A stretch of DNA of 64,000 nucleotides from positions 1 through 64,000 of the IMG/VR virus record IMGVR_UViG_3300023179_000038. One strand, 5' to 3'. The first letter of the stretch is position 1, and each line of letters begins with the position of its first letter. The stretch comes from a virus. The position numbers and the translations under genes are program-made. This document shows, in pieces, positions 45,001 through 54,406 of the stretch. The notes under the pieces were generated by a model that was not told the DNA's origin, ran no database searches, and was given only the letters and a program-made list of their open reading frames with translations.

Positions 45001-45376
45001 AATCAAATCTTGGCTTTTTAAAGAATCCATCAGTCCATGAAATTTCACTAATTTTATTTAAATTTTCCAAACCTTTTTGATTCTTGGCTAGAAGGATAAT
45101 ATGATTATAAACAAGATCTTGTTGACCTTCTCTTTCAGACTTATCTCTTTTATCAGATATGTCTGCACACATATATCCCTCTAGGCCTAGAATTGGCTTT
45201 ACACCTTTTGCTTTTGCAATGCGGTACAGTTCCCGATGCCCAGATAATGTTCCGTGATCCGTGATAGCCAATGCTGGCATACCAAGTTCAACTGCTCGGT
45301 CTATATATTCTTCTGGAGTAGCAACACCATCAAACAATGAGTAGTGAGTGTGTACGTGTAAGCCTACGTAACTCAT
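42089..45376 (-). CDS. dnaE: DNA polymerase III alpha subunit
   Basis: PHP HVHTHYS, GRGSSAGS, FPDIDTD, HAAGVV, KIDALGL and FNKSH. No intein seen. Confidence 0.97.
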   Translation of the reverse strand: MSYVGLHVHTHYSLFDGVATPEEYIDRAVELGMPALAITDHGTLSGHRELYRIAKAKGVKPILGLEGYMCADISDKRDKSEREGQQDLVYNHIILLAKNQKGLENLNKISEISWTDGFFKKPRFDFAILEKYKEGIIVTSACPSSVLVKALEEQEFAIAKKYIKWFKDNFGSDYYIEVMPHNTAEINNYLLELADEFKIKAIVTPDCHHSDTSQKEIQEFKLLLNTHAKINKESSYEKSKKKKDMMERLDYLYGVDRDITFNKFNIHLLSYEEIKSDMQKQGIDREDIYSNTLLLADTVEDYNIQDGLNLLPVQYKNPDQELASLAFAGLEKYRLNSNWLGNDIYEQRLDEELEVIRNKKFSPYFLVVSNMINWAKKEGILVGPGRGSSAGSLVCYLLGITTIDPIEHGLLFFRFINPERNDFPDIDTDIQDTRRDEVKDYLVRQYRHVASIATFLEFKDKGVVRDVARILDIPLTDVNKVLKLVDTWDEFCRSKTTEWFREKYPEVEVYGEQLRGRIRGTGIHAAGVVTSKNPIFKYAPLETRSSPGSDERIPVVGVNMEEAEKIGLIKIDALGLKTLSVIQDTIAMIKENHYKDIDLLSLDMKDSKVYEMLSDGYTKGVFQCEATPYTNLLVKMGVKNFDELAASNALVRPGAMNTIGKDYIARKHGKQNVSYIHQVLKEFTDDTYGCILYQEQVMQACVHLGGMSMSDADKVRKIIGKKKDAKEFDIYKERFIAGASAYITPNQARDLWHDFEAHAGYSFNKSHAVAYSTLSYWTAWLKYYYPLEFMFALLKNEKDKDGRTEYLIEAKRMGISIKLPHINDSDLDFKIEGKGIRFGLTNIKYISNNIASKYIQARPFKSYKELEEFTFTKGSGVNSRALAAMRLIGAATFPDNPRNDEEIKQNIYEYLNLPEFNITIPSHYYAFIQDVCDFEEKGSFILMGMIKSIKRGKGWSRVEILDKTGSVGIFDDENTTIETGRTYLVLCNDNRIVSAIPVDEIKGSSNALVKFLSYKQLPYKEDEMFVVSFKPRITKTGKKMASLTLADTSRELHSVTVFPTSFPKAYMHVQEGNSYRFSFGKTKDGTIILEDINVG

Positions 45377-45377
45377 C

Positions 45378-46034
45378 TTACCAATCTGCGTTGGTTGATG
45401 AAGTTATAGATGGAGTATCAAACCCCAAATAGAATGCCTCTTGTTCAGCATAAGGTATTTTCTTTAATGCTAACTCGAGTGGATAAGGTTTAATTTCTGA
45501 CCAATTAAATGGTTCTGTGTCTGGTGCACCTGGAATGGTTGTATAACTTGTTTCAGTACCTTGGCCATTACGCTTTACCTTCCATACTACATTTGATATG
45601 CTACCAGTTTCAAGTGCATACTCACGAATTGTGTTAAATGCTGACTGCTTGCTTACACCCATTGACCAAATAGCCACATATGGTGCTTCAATGCCATCAT
45701 CAACTAGAACGTTGCAATAAAAACGAAGACGTGCTCGCCAGCCAGCCTTTGGATCTTTTCTATGCATTTCTTCTGCCCAGTCACGACCTTCTGATTCCAT
45801 TGTGTCTACAGCCTTGCGTCTGTAATCTTTTGGATTTGTATGCTCTTTTACAACTAGAGCAAGACCACGATCTGGATTATAATTTGCTGAGTCTTCGTCT
45901 AATTCTTCAATAAAACGAATTTTTGCAGACTGGCCATCAGCAAGTTTTAGCCATCTTACTTTTGGTGAATTTTCATCATATTTTGGTTTATCGAGCAGGG
46001 CATTTATATTTTTTAGTCCCTTTACTACGCTCAT
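45378..46034 (-). CDS. Single-stranded DNA-binding protein (gp32-like)
   Basis: L.DG.S..IRF, KR.G.G..T.Y motifs; position in the replication module. Confidence 0.7.
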   Translation of the reverse strand: MSVVKGLKNINALLDKPKYDENSPKVRWLKLADGQSAKIRFIEELDEDSANYNPDRGLALVVKEHTNPKDYRRKAVDTMESEGRDWAEEMHRKDPKAGWRARLRFYCNVLVDDGIEAPYVAIWSMGVSKQSAFNTIREYALETGSISNVVWKVKRNGQGTETSYTTIPGAPDTEPFNWSEIKPYPLELALKKIPYAEQEAFYLGFDTPSITSSTNADW

Positions 46035-47557
46035 ACTTTTTCTCCTTCGTTTATTATGTTATCTAGATATTTGTTTAAAGGAATTGATAAGTGTTTTTTG
46101 CTATCTATTTCTTTAACTATTTCAGTATATCGTACTTCTCCTTGTTTGTCAAGAAAACCTTTTATTTTATCTTTATTATAAAGTTCATTTCCAACATACA
46201 CAGTAATCCAATTTGACCAACTAAAAATTTTTCCTGGCGTATCAATGAAACTAGATAAAGAAATATCATTTACTCCTTCTTTTAATAACTTAGTTATTGT
46301 TTCTGGCATTTTATTGTTTATTGTAAAATTTTTCCAAAAATCTGTATTAGTTTTATTAGTTACATAATGTAAATATAAAAAGTCTAAAATATCTCTGTTT
46401 TTAGTTGACATTTTTTGATTATATTTTTGTACTATACTTAAATCTTTATTTATAAGATAAGTCTCAATGTCGTTGTCTAAAAATTTTTCAATTGCTCCTG
46501 TTGCATGAAGAATTGCAGTTCCTTCAAGAGGTTCAAAAAATCCTGCAGATAATCCAACAGCCAGGCAGTTTTTTATCCATGGATTAGAATAGTATCCAGA
46601 TTTAAACTTAAACTTGTTTACAATTTTTACATTTGAACCAAATTTTTTATTAATTTCTGCAATGGCTTGATCTTCTGATAAATATTTAGAATCATAAACA
46701 TATCCACAGCCCCATCGATGTTGTAATGGTGTCTTCCAATTCCAACCAAAATCCATTGCTATTGCTTCACTATATGGTTGTATTTTTTTCATATCCATAA
46801 AAAATGCTATTGCCGAATCGCAAGGAAGAGAATCTTGTGTATTTACCCACTCTGCATTGTAGTGCTTACCAATAAACATTCTTTTAAATCCAGTTGAATC
46901 AATTAAAAAATCACACAAGATAGTCTCTCCGTTAGCAATGACATACTCTATCTCATTATTTATATTTGTTGAAAATGAATCAACTACTGCATCAACTACC
47001 CTAATGCCACGCAAAACAGCATATTTGTTAAAAAACTGTACTAATTTTTTTGCATCAATATGCCAAGAATGAGCATCAGGAATAACATTACCATATTCGT
47101 TTATAACTGTTTGTAAATTAATTTTATCTAAGTTTGTATCTCTATCTATTGCATATGCAATGGTTGATGCAAAATCTTTCCTACTATCTATCTTAAACTG
47201 TTTATAATTATAATTTTCTAGAGTTTGTTTTGTCTTAGCCAAATGTTTAAAATATGATAGTGTCGATGTGTCTGTGTAATCACAGAATGGATGAAAATAT
47301 TTTTCTTTGTCTTTTCCCCAACCAACAAACATTAATCCATTTTTTACAGTTGCCCCAGTGTATTTAACAAACTCCTCAATTGGCAAATCAAGTTTTTTTA
47401 ATGTCTGGGCAAACACTGGAGTAGTTCCTTCTCCTGCTCCAAGAATACCAATTTTGCTGCTGTCAATAAGTGTGATATTCCATTCTGGATGTTTATGCTG
47501 AATCTGCAAAGCACTCATGTACCCTGCAGACCCACCACCGACAACAACTATTTTCAT
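46031..47557 (-). CDS. Flavin-dependent halogenase (tryptophan halogenase family)
   Basis: GGGSAG, GAGEGT, ATVK, GWNWKTPL (WxWxIP variant) and FFEPLEGT. Confidence 0.9.
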   Translation of the reverse strand: MKIVVVGGGSAGYMSALQIQHKHPEWNITLIDSSKIGILGAGEGTTPVFAQTLKKLDLPIEEFVKYTGATVKNGLMFVGWGKDKEKYFHPFCDYTDTSTLSYFKHLAKTKQTLENYNYKQFKIDSRKDFASTIAYAIDRDTNLDKINLQTVINEYGNVIPDAHSWHIDAKKLVQFFNKYAVLRGIRVVDAVVDSFSTNINNEIEYVIANGETILCDFLIDSTGFKRMFIGKHYNAEWVNTQDSLPCDSAIAFFMDMKKIQPYSEAIAMDFGWNWKTPLQHRWGCGYVYDSKYLSEDQAIAEINKKFGSNVKIVNKFKFKSGYYSNPWIKNCLAVGLSAGFFEPLEGTAILHATGAIEKFLDNDIETYLINKDLSIVQKYNQKMSTKNRDILDFLYLHYVTNKTNTDFWKNFTINNKMPETITKLLKEGVNDISLSSFIDTPGKIFSWSNWITVYVGNELYNKDKIKGFLDKQGEVRYTEIVKEIDSKKHLSIPLNKYLDNIINEGEKV

Positions 47558-48084
47558 TATTGATTAAAACCTCTTCTATCGTACCCAAATCTATTTATCA
47601 TCTCAGCGGACTCTGCCCATGTATCAGAATTTTCTTCTACTCCGTGACCTTCTACAATTCTGTTAAACATATTAAATGCTGCACAAACAACTATTGCTTC
47701 TTTTAACTGATATTCAGAAAATCCAGAATTTAGAACTGCTTCAACATGTGTGCTATTCAGGCTTGATGGCGCAATGGTCAAAATTTTTACATAATCTAAA
47801 ATACTCTTTAATTTATTTTCTTCATAGTTTCCACTGACTACATCTTCTAACTCTTTTTCGTCTGCACCAACTGAAATTGCAAACATTTTGTGCGATCCAG
47901 TACAAAACTTACATGAGTTTAATGATGATGTAAATGCTGCAATCAACTCTCTATCTTTTGGATCTAAATGTCCAGGCTCTCTTAGTATTTCCTGTGCAAA
48001 AGAAAGTAATGGCATAAACTTGTTTGGCTGTTGCATAAATACATCTGATATGGTTTGTCCGCTTGGAACTGATTGCAATAACAT
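47557..48084 (-). CDS. AhpD/carboxymuconolactone decarboxylase-like peroxidase-related protein
   Basis: RELIAA..S..N.C.FC..SH and FN.FNR motifs. Confidence 0.88.
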   Translation of the reverse strand: MLLQSVPSGQTISDVFMQQPNKFMPLLSFAQEILREPGHLDPKDRELIAAFTSSLNSCKFCTGSHKMFAISVGADEKELEDVVSGNYEENKLKSILDYVKILTIAPSSLNSTHVEAVLNSGFSEYQLKEAIVVCAAFNMFNRIVEGHGVEENSDTWAESAEMINRFGYDRRGFNQ

Positions 48085-49032
48085 TTATTTTCCTATCATT
48101 AGTTGTATTGAATCTGAAAAGTTTGAACTTAGTTTAGCAATATCAGAATCGTCCATATCACCAATATCCTTGTACTTGCTATCCAGGTTTATTACAGAAA
48201 CTCTTGACCCAAGTTTTTCAATAATTTTTGTCTTCATATTTCCACCTGCCTCGTCGTTGTCTGCAATAACAATTATATCATTAAAGTATTTTTTTAATAA
48301 CTCTACCTGACTATTAGATACATTTGCCCCAAGAGTTGCAACCGCTATAAATCCTACTTGATCAAGTCTTATTGCATCAAATGACGACTCTACCACGTAT
48401 ACCCTATCTGCAGTCTTAACTCTATGCAGATTAAAAAGAGTTTTACTTTTTGGTAGTCCTGGCGTATTTTTAAATTGTTTTCCTTCAATAGACCTACCAA
48501 CAAATCCAATTGGCATGCCGTCTGGACTATGAACTGGTATAGTAATCATATCTTGTTTTTCAGAATATCCTATAATAAACTTATTTTTAGAATAATTATT
48601 TATTTTTCTATGAGAAAGATATTCATTTGCCCTTTTAGAAGAAATCAAATTATTATTTAATTTTTTAATTATTGAATCATCAAACTCAATAAATTCTGTT
48701 TTTGTTATTAATTTTTTATTTATATCTTTTTCAAAGTTGTTTTCTGTTTGTTTATTTTTAATAAATCTAATTGATTCAAAATATGTTTTTCCAGATACGT
48801 ACATTATTAATTCAATAATGTCTACAGTGTGATGACAGGAAAAACAAAAAAATCTACCAGTATTTTTATCTACTTCTCCAGCAGGAGTTCTATTATTAGA
48901 ATGAAATGGACAAAATATTATGTAATGAGAATCTACCTCAGACTCAATATTTATTCCTGAATCTGAGAGTACTCTTTCAATTTGTTCTTTTGAATAGGTA
49001 TCGGTTTTGATCCATCGACTCCTAGTATCCAC
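48085..49032 (-). CDS. dnaG: DNA primase (CHC2 zinc finger + TOPRIM)
   Basis: CPFH...CFSC, GR, VES.FD and DNDEAG motifs. Confidence 0.92.
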   Translation of the reverse strand: MDTRSRWIKTDTYSKEQIERVLSDSGINIESEVDSHYIIFCPFHSNNRTPAGEVDKNTGRFFCFSCHHTVDIIELIMYVSGKTYFESIRFIKNKQTENNFEKDINKKLITKTEFIEFDDSIIKKLNNNLISSKRANEYLSHRKINNYSKNKFIIGYSEKQDMITIPVHSPDGMPIGFVGRSIEGKQFKNTPGLPKSKTLFNLHRVKTADRVYVVESSFDAIRLDQVGFIAVATLGANVSNSQVELLKKYFNDIIVIADNDEAGGNMKTKIIEKLGSRVSVINLDSKYKDIGDMDDSDIAKLSSNFSDSIQLMIGK

Positions 49033-49277
49033 TCAGCGCTCTTCTTTCCTGTATATACTCCATAAACTGTTAAACAAAAATTAAATATTTGCTTTGATTC
49101 ATTATATTGTACTGTAAAATCTGGTTCAATGTCAAGTCTTGGAACATATCCAAAAGCCCTCATCTCTAAAATTAAAAATCTAATATATTCTTGTTTTAAT
49201 CTACTAATTGCAGATTCATCGTAAATAGAGCCATCTAGGCTGAATGACTTTATCTTTTTGTGATGATAAGTTTTCAC
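48951..49277 (-). CDS. Hypothetical conserved protein
   Basis: ORF track. Confidence 0.75.
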   Translation of the reverse strand: MKTYHHKKIKSFSLDGSIYDESAISRLKQEYIRFLILEMRAFGYVPRLDIEPDFTVQYNESKQIFNFCLTVYGVYTGKKSAEWILGVDGSKPIPIQKNKLKEYSQIQE

Positions 49278-49300
49278 AAAACATATTATAACTAACTATA

Positions 49301-50521
49301 TTAATTTTCATAATCTTTGTATCTATAGTATCCTTTGTCAAAATCTACCTGCACTAAAAAGTCTCCCATAAAGCCGTTCCTGTTTTTTCTGAATACACAC
49401 TCAATAATATCACTATTGGTTGCACGACCCAAAGCCATAACCCAGTCAGCATCATATGCAATCTGTCTGGACCAAGCAGTTTGTCCAAGTGTTGGGGCAG
49501 TGCTTAGATCTTTTACATCATCAGGAGTTGCAGAAGAAATTGCAATTATAGGAACCTCTTCACTAATAGCCATCAGTTTAAGTTCTCTTGAAAGATTTTT
49601 CATTCTTACAGTTTCATTATCTGATTTTTGATTTGGAGCCATAAGTTGTAAATAATCAACAATCACAAAATCTGGTTTGTATTGATTTATTTTTCCACGA
49701 ATAACTGATGGACTTACTTCTCCACCACTATCATTTGAAATTATATGAAATTCTGGCTTTCCTGATAATTTATTTTTATGCCAATTTTTTAGCATGTCTA
49801 ATTCTATTTCGCCATTACTTAATTTTCTATGAGACCAAAGCCCCTCACCCATAATTGCAAATACACGATTACGAACTTCAGTTTCAGACATTTCAAGACT
49901 TATCACCATTGGGGTTTTACCCTGCTTCCAGGCTTGTACAGCAAAGTAAAGAGCCAGCCAAGATTTTCCAATACCTGGATATGCTAAAAACACTCCAAGT
50001 TGTCCTGCAGTTATTCCAGATGGGAGATAGTTGTCAAATCCTGGTAATCCAGTTTTAATACCAAATTGACCATTCATCTTTTGTTGTTTAATATTTTCAA
50101 AATATGCTATAGCAGATTCTAGATCTGTGGCATCAATATCACGAATTGCAGAAACATTTTTCTTTAATTCAGATGTCTTTGTAATTAATGAAGTTAATGC
50201 GTTAGCACTATTTCCTAACTGAACTTCACTTGCTGCAGATCGCAAAATATTCTTTAAACTATCATTTAAATATTCTGATTGTAATTCTTGAAGGTGATGC
50301 TTTGTTGCCCCAACTTCATCTATTAAGATAAAGTCTTTAAATTTTTCTGAAACTAAGGATGGTGGAGGAACAGATCCGTTATTATTAAAATATAAATTGA
50401 TAAAATTCCATATATCGTTATGAGTGTGAAGCATGCTCTCTATATTAGATTGCAACAAAACGCCAATTTGTTTATCTTTTAATACCGCCGAAATTAATCT
50501 TGCCTCTACGTTATTCATCAA
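49301..50521 (-). CDS. dnaB: Replicative helicase, DnaB-like
   Basis: AYPGIGKS, SLEMS, VDYLQLM, DAD and KNRNG motifs. Confidence 0.93.
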   Translation of the reverse strand: MMNNVEARLISAVLKDKQIGVLLQSNIESMLHTHNDIWNFINLYFNNNGSVPPPSLVSEKFKDFILIDEVGATKHHLQELQSEYLNDSLKNILRSAASEVQLGNSANALTSLITKTSELKKNVSAIRDIDATDLESAIAYFENIKQQKMNGQFGIKTGLPGFDNYLPSGITAGQLGVFLAYPGIGKSWLALYFAVQAWKQGKTPMVISLEMSETEVRNRVFAIMGEGLWSHRKLSNGEIELDMLKNWHKNKLSGKPEFHIISNDSGGEVSPSVIRGKINQYKPDFVIVDYLQLMAPNQKSDNETVRMKNLSRELKLMAISEEVPIIAISSATPDDVKDLSTAPTLGQTAWSRQIAYDADWVMALGRATNSDIIECVFRKNRNGFMGDFLVQVDFDKGYYRYKDYEN

Positions 50522-50819
50522 TCCACTTCTTTGCTAGTTTTCTACGTTGTAGTCTTTCTTCAATATCCTGCTCTACTTCTATTTTTGCCTGAAATATTCT
50601 CTCTGTATTGTATGAAAAGTAATTCCAAGATGGGTTGCTAGAAACAGAAAAATAATAATCAAGTAAGTCATAACAAGTTTCCAATCCATAAGATTCAATT
50701 ATAGCATCTGAAGACCACTGCTCTGCATTAATATTAAATAAATTTTTAGTATTATATCTTTGAAAATGAAGTTTATTATAACGACTAAGCAAAGACATTC
50801 TATCCTTGCGGGTAGCCAT
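50511..50819 (-). CDS. Hypothetical protein
   Basis: ORF track; overlaps the helicase start. Confidence 0.75.
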   Translation of the reverse strand: MATRKDRMSLLSRYNKLHFQRYNTKNLFNINAEQWSSDAIIESYGLETCYDLLDYYFSVSSNPSWNYFSYNTERIFQAKIEVEQDIEERLQRRKLAKKWIDE

Positions 50820-51031
50820 TATTTTTCTTCTATCTCATACTTTGCTTCTTGAATTTTAGTTGTTAACTTATCTTCAACAAACTTATAAACTCGTTCAAAA
50901 GCCTGATCAATGTTTTCTCCATTACGTCTAGAGTCAACAATCCCTAAATCAATTCTTAATGATTGAAAGTTTCCTAAATTAAGCGTATATCCCAATGTTA
51001 TATTAATTTTTGTATTTTCATTTTCTGTCAT
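50819..51031 (-). CDS. Hypothetical protein (TLNLGNFQSLRID motif)
   Basis: Start moved to MTENE after GGAGG. Confidence 0.8.
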   Translation of the reverse strand: MTENENTKINITLGYTLNLGNFQSLRIDLGIVDSRRNGENIDQAFERVYKFVEDKLTTKIQEAKYEIEEK

Positions 51032-51088
51032 TTTATCCTCCACTAATAGAATATCATTATTCATGATATATGTCAAACATTTTTATAA

Positions 51089-51631
51089 TTATAAACTTTC
51101 TGCCCAAATTGGTATAAACCTTCCATCTTCCGTTTTTGTATATGTAATCATACCATCCCCCATTCTTCTTGTCAACTCAGCCCTACTTGGAGTTATATCG
51201 TTAGTAATTAATTTATCGGCTCTTGGACGACCAATATGATACGTTGCTAAGATATCTCTAATTTCAAATACTTGTGATTCAGAATAATACGACCTAACCT
51301 GCCAGCCAGTTTTTCCCCCAACCTGAGAGCCAGTTGGAAATGGAATTATTCTTCGTTTCATAAGGGATGGCATATACTTTTTGTGTCGATTTATCAAATC
51401 AGCAGTTTGTCCCACAGTGTATGCTCTTTCTCTATTTCTTTTAAAATCTGAAATAAGACAACTTTCAATTCTATCCTTATTAATATTATAAAGAGAAATA
51501 ATATTATTTGATCTATTTATATGATGTATCCTAACCAAATCTTTATTTAAAAACCAAACTTTTTTATTTCCAGGAATTACAGGTAGGACATTGTAATCTT
51601 CGCTCGAAACTTTTCCTTTTCTAGTAGCCAT
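51089..51631 (-). CDS. MerR-like HTH DNA-binding protein
   Basis: YTVGQTADLINR...R.YYSE pattern. Confidence 0.55.
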   Translation of the reverse strand: MATRKGKVSSEDYNVLPVIPGNKKVWFLNKDLVRIHHINRSNNIISLYNINKDRIESCLISDFKRNRERAYTVGQTADLINRHKKYMPSLMKRRIIPFPTGSQVGGKTGWQVRSYYSESQVFEIRDILATYHIGRPRADKLITNDITPSRAELTRRMGDGMITYTKTEDGRFIPIWAESL

Positions 51632-51768
51632 TGTCCTTCTGTCGATTCGTTAGGTGGATGAAAAAATCTTCTAGATCCACAATATAAACAGTAAATTTCA
51701 ATATGCTCTACTGTAGTGTATTGCCGATCTATAAACATTTTTTTTTTACATTTTTTACATAAAATCAT
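51577..51768 (-). CDS. Small zinc-ribbon protein
   Basis: CKKC...CLYCG. Confidence 0.7.
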   Translation of the reverse strand: MILCKKCKKKMFIDRQYTTVEHIEIYCLYCGSRRFFHPPNESTEGQWLLEKEKFRAKITMSYL

Positions 51769-52211
51769 TAGTTTGGTACACCAACAACTATTAAATTTAC
51801 AGCAACAGAAACATCTCCAGTATTGTTAAATCTAATTACACCCTCTACCTTTGAAGTTGTTATTGATTTTAAAACAACTGTAACATCTTTACCAGCATCA
51901 GTACCGCCAACGTTTATTGGTGTAGCAGTTACTACTGGCGTATACTTAAAATCTGTCGGAAAGTCATAAGTAAATGGAGATTCTTGTCCTTTTGTTCTTG
52001 TTGAACTAATTACAACATCTATATATCCGCCAATAATTCTAGCCTCTGAAGCCTTAAGATTTTGACGTCCAATTCCTGGAGCATCAACAGAAACATACTT
52101 ATTATTTGAAAAAGATGTTTGAGACGATATATCGTTAATTGCATTTGCAAGTTCGTAGATGTATGATACATCCAGTGGCTGGCCTCTTTCTGGTAACGGT
52201 ATTTTTGCCAT
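51768..52211 (-). CDS. Putative virion/tail-associated protein
   Basis: Beta-rich with F...PVVTAT; end of the tail cluster. Confidence 0.55.
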   Translation of the reverse strand: MAKIPLPERGQPLDVSYIYELANAINDISSQTSFSNNKYVSVDAPGIGRQNLKASEARIIGGYIDVVISSTRTKGQESPFTYDFPTDFKYTPVVTATPINVGGTDAGKDVTVVLKSITTSKVEGVIRFNNTGDVSVAVNLIVVGVPN

Positions 52212-52229
52212 GATTAATCTATTATACCA

Positions 52230-52664
52230 CTAAACATTTACTTGATTTGATTCAAATAATGTAGCCCCTGAAAATCTTTCCTTGGGAAAGGTTGGTACTT
52301 GTACGGCAATTCTAAAATGATTTGCCCCCTCTTTAATAATTGTTGAATAACTAGTAGTAAACACGGTAGAAACAAATTCCCAAGGATCACTATTCCATTT
52401 AAGATAAATATCAAATTCAGACCTTATGTTATTTGATGGATTCCAAACAACATTAATCATGTCATGAGATTGTTCAACAGCAACACGATAATCTATCGTA
52501 TCTGGGCTTGATGCTGCAATTTTATAGTTTGGTGACCAATGAGAAGTTCTGTTTTTATCTTCTGTAATAACTCTATATTTGACAATATATTCTTGATCTG
52601 TTCCATAAAATTCTGGAAGGTCTTTTTTAACTATGACTATCTTTTTAATATTTGAATCTGACAT
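52230..52664 (-). CDS. Putative tail protein
   Basis: Position in the tail cluster. Confidence 0.55.
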   Translation of the reverse strand: MSDSNIKKIVIVKKDLPEFYGTDQEYIVKYRVITEDKNRTSHWSPNYKIAASSPDTIDYRVAVEQSHDMINVVWNPSNNIRSEFDIYLKWNSDPWEFVSTVFTTSYSTIIKEGANHFRIAVQVPTFPKERFSGATLFESNQVNV

Positions 52665-53803
52665 TATTGAACATCCAAAGCAAACCTAAACTCAATATAG
52701 TTTGTTGTGTTTGCAGATTTAATAATAGTTTCGGCATTGTTATTTTTAATAACGGAATACCCAGTTAAACCATATAAAGGATTATTTGTGCTATTATTTT
52801 CTAATCTAATAGCATCTAAACATACATAAAAATTATCTGTTGGAGAACCATTATCAGTTATACAAGCATAAATCTTTACAACATCAACGCTGCTCCAAGT
52901 AAATCCAGTGCTTTTATAAAGTTCTTGTAACTGTTTTGTTGCAACAACATATCTACTATTTGAAAAATTGTGTTGATTTGTATCTGTTCCATTATTAAGA
53001 TTAACTTCAAACCTTGCCCATTGCCCATTAGGATCATTATGAATATCAGATGATGCAAATTCTAGCATAATTCTTACATTGTCTGGAACCGCAGTTGAAC
53101 TTCCATTTTTATTTATTACTGTAAAAGAAAGCCTGATGTCATCTGTTGGAGAATTTCTATTAAAATCTAATATCGCTCCAGTTAAATGAATGTGTTCAGA
53201 ATTTTGACCAACAACAATATGGTTATTAGAGTCAATTGTTAACTCAGAAGAATCTCCACTCATTACTATTGTGTTATTAAAAAAACGACATCTTTCATAT
53301 CTTTGAATTCTTTCTGTATTTGTAAAAATTCTATTATCTGAGTTTGTTTGAAATACACTGTATGGTTGATTAATAATATTATTGTTGTCTGATCCATCTA
53401 GCGGAGAGTAAACAATTGGAATTTCTGTTGCAGCAGTATTTGTGTGATGTTCCCAATTTTCATCTTGTGTAAATGCATAAATAGATTTACTATCATATGC
53501 GCCAGCCTGAGAGTTTGCGCCTGCTGAAAAAACTCCGACTTCACTAATTTCATATCTTTCTTCGCTTGGTAGTTCTGCCGTTAAAACAATTTTTGATATA
53601 CCATCTTCTGTTACATATCCACGAGACGTAATTGGGACACGAAACATTTCAAAATCTAACCTATCTTTGCCTGAATAGTCTCCCAGGATAGCATCAGACG
53701 TTAGTGGCTTTGCTCCACAACCAACTGCAATATAAGAGGCATATGCTGGTGCTTGACCAATCAAGTATTTTGCTAAAATATTTTTACCAGTATTAGTTAT
53801 CAT
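52664..53803 (-). CDS. Putative tail/baseplate protein
   Basis: MITN.GK..LA...IAVG.G...ISEVGVF pattern typical of tail proteins. Confidence 0.65.
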   Translation of the reverse strand: MITNTGKNILAKYLIGQAPAYASYIAVGCGAKPLTSDAILGDYSGKDRLDFEMFRVPITSRGYVTEDGISKIVLTAELPSEERYEISEVGVFSAGANSQAGAYDSKSIYAFTQDENWEHHTNTAATEIPIVYSPLDGSDNNNIINQPYSVFQTNSDNRIFTNTERIQRYERCRFFNNTIVMSGDSSELTIDSNNHIVVGQNSEHIHLTGAILDFNRNSPTDDIRLSFTVINKNGSSTAVPDNVRIMLEFASSDIHNDPNGQWARFEVNLNNGTDTNQHNFSNSRYVVATKQLQELYKSTGFTWSSVDVVKIYACITDNGSPTDNFYVCLDAIRLENNSTNNPLYGLTGYSVIKNNNAETIIKSANTTNYIEFRFALDVQ

Positions 53804-53805
53804 TA

Positions 53806-54405
53806 TTATTCCACCTCATATATTGTACCATTATAAATTTTTCCACCTACTAAGATTTGAACCTCTATCTGCTCATCCCCTTGTAAATTTATTATATCAA
53901 TAATAAGATTTCCTGTAGCCTCATCTATATACACTGTCTTACAATTTGGTCCAGTTCCGCAATTAGGTATTTTTTCTGATAGTTTTATTGGAAATTTATT
54001 AAAATATTCTTCTGATGTATTTTGAAGAGATAAAACATTTTGTGGATTATATTTAAAATATATGCTGCTAAGATTTTTAATTGGTTGATATATAACATTT
54101 TGTCCATTAATAATATCTGTTCTAGCAATATTTATTAATTCTTGACCACCAATATTTTCAAATATTAGGTCTGTCATTAATTCAACTGGAACATCTTCTT
54201 CTGATATTATTATATCTGGTCTTGCTGTTTTTATACTTTGAGATTGTGCTGAATAATTTGTAGTTTGTCCTTGCATTCCAGAAGCAGCAAGAAGAGTTGG
54301 AGATATTGCTTGAACATTAGAATTAGCAGAGGTTGTACTAATTGATGCTGATTGATTAAATATTACATCTGGCGTTGTTGGATAATCAGAATAATTAAAT
54401 ACCAT
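53806..54405 (-). CDS. Putative tail protein
   Basis: Position in the tail cluster. Confidence 0.55.
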   Translation of the reverse strand: MVFNYSDYPTTPDVIFNQSASISTTSANSNVQAISPTLLAASGMQGQTTNYSAQSQSIKTARPDIIISEEDVPVELMTDLIFENIGGQELINIARTDIINGQNVIYQPIKNLSSIYFKYNPQNVLSLQNTSEEYFNKFPIKLSEKIPNCGTGPNCKTVYIDEATGNLIIDIINLQGDEQIEVQILVGGKIYNGTIYEVE

Positions 54406-54406
54406 C

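Noticed and set aside
42089-45376. Possible intein or intron in dnaE (also checked terL, recA and dnaB)
   Set aside because: Lengths are normal, motifs are contiguous and no splice-junction signatures were seen.
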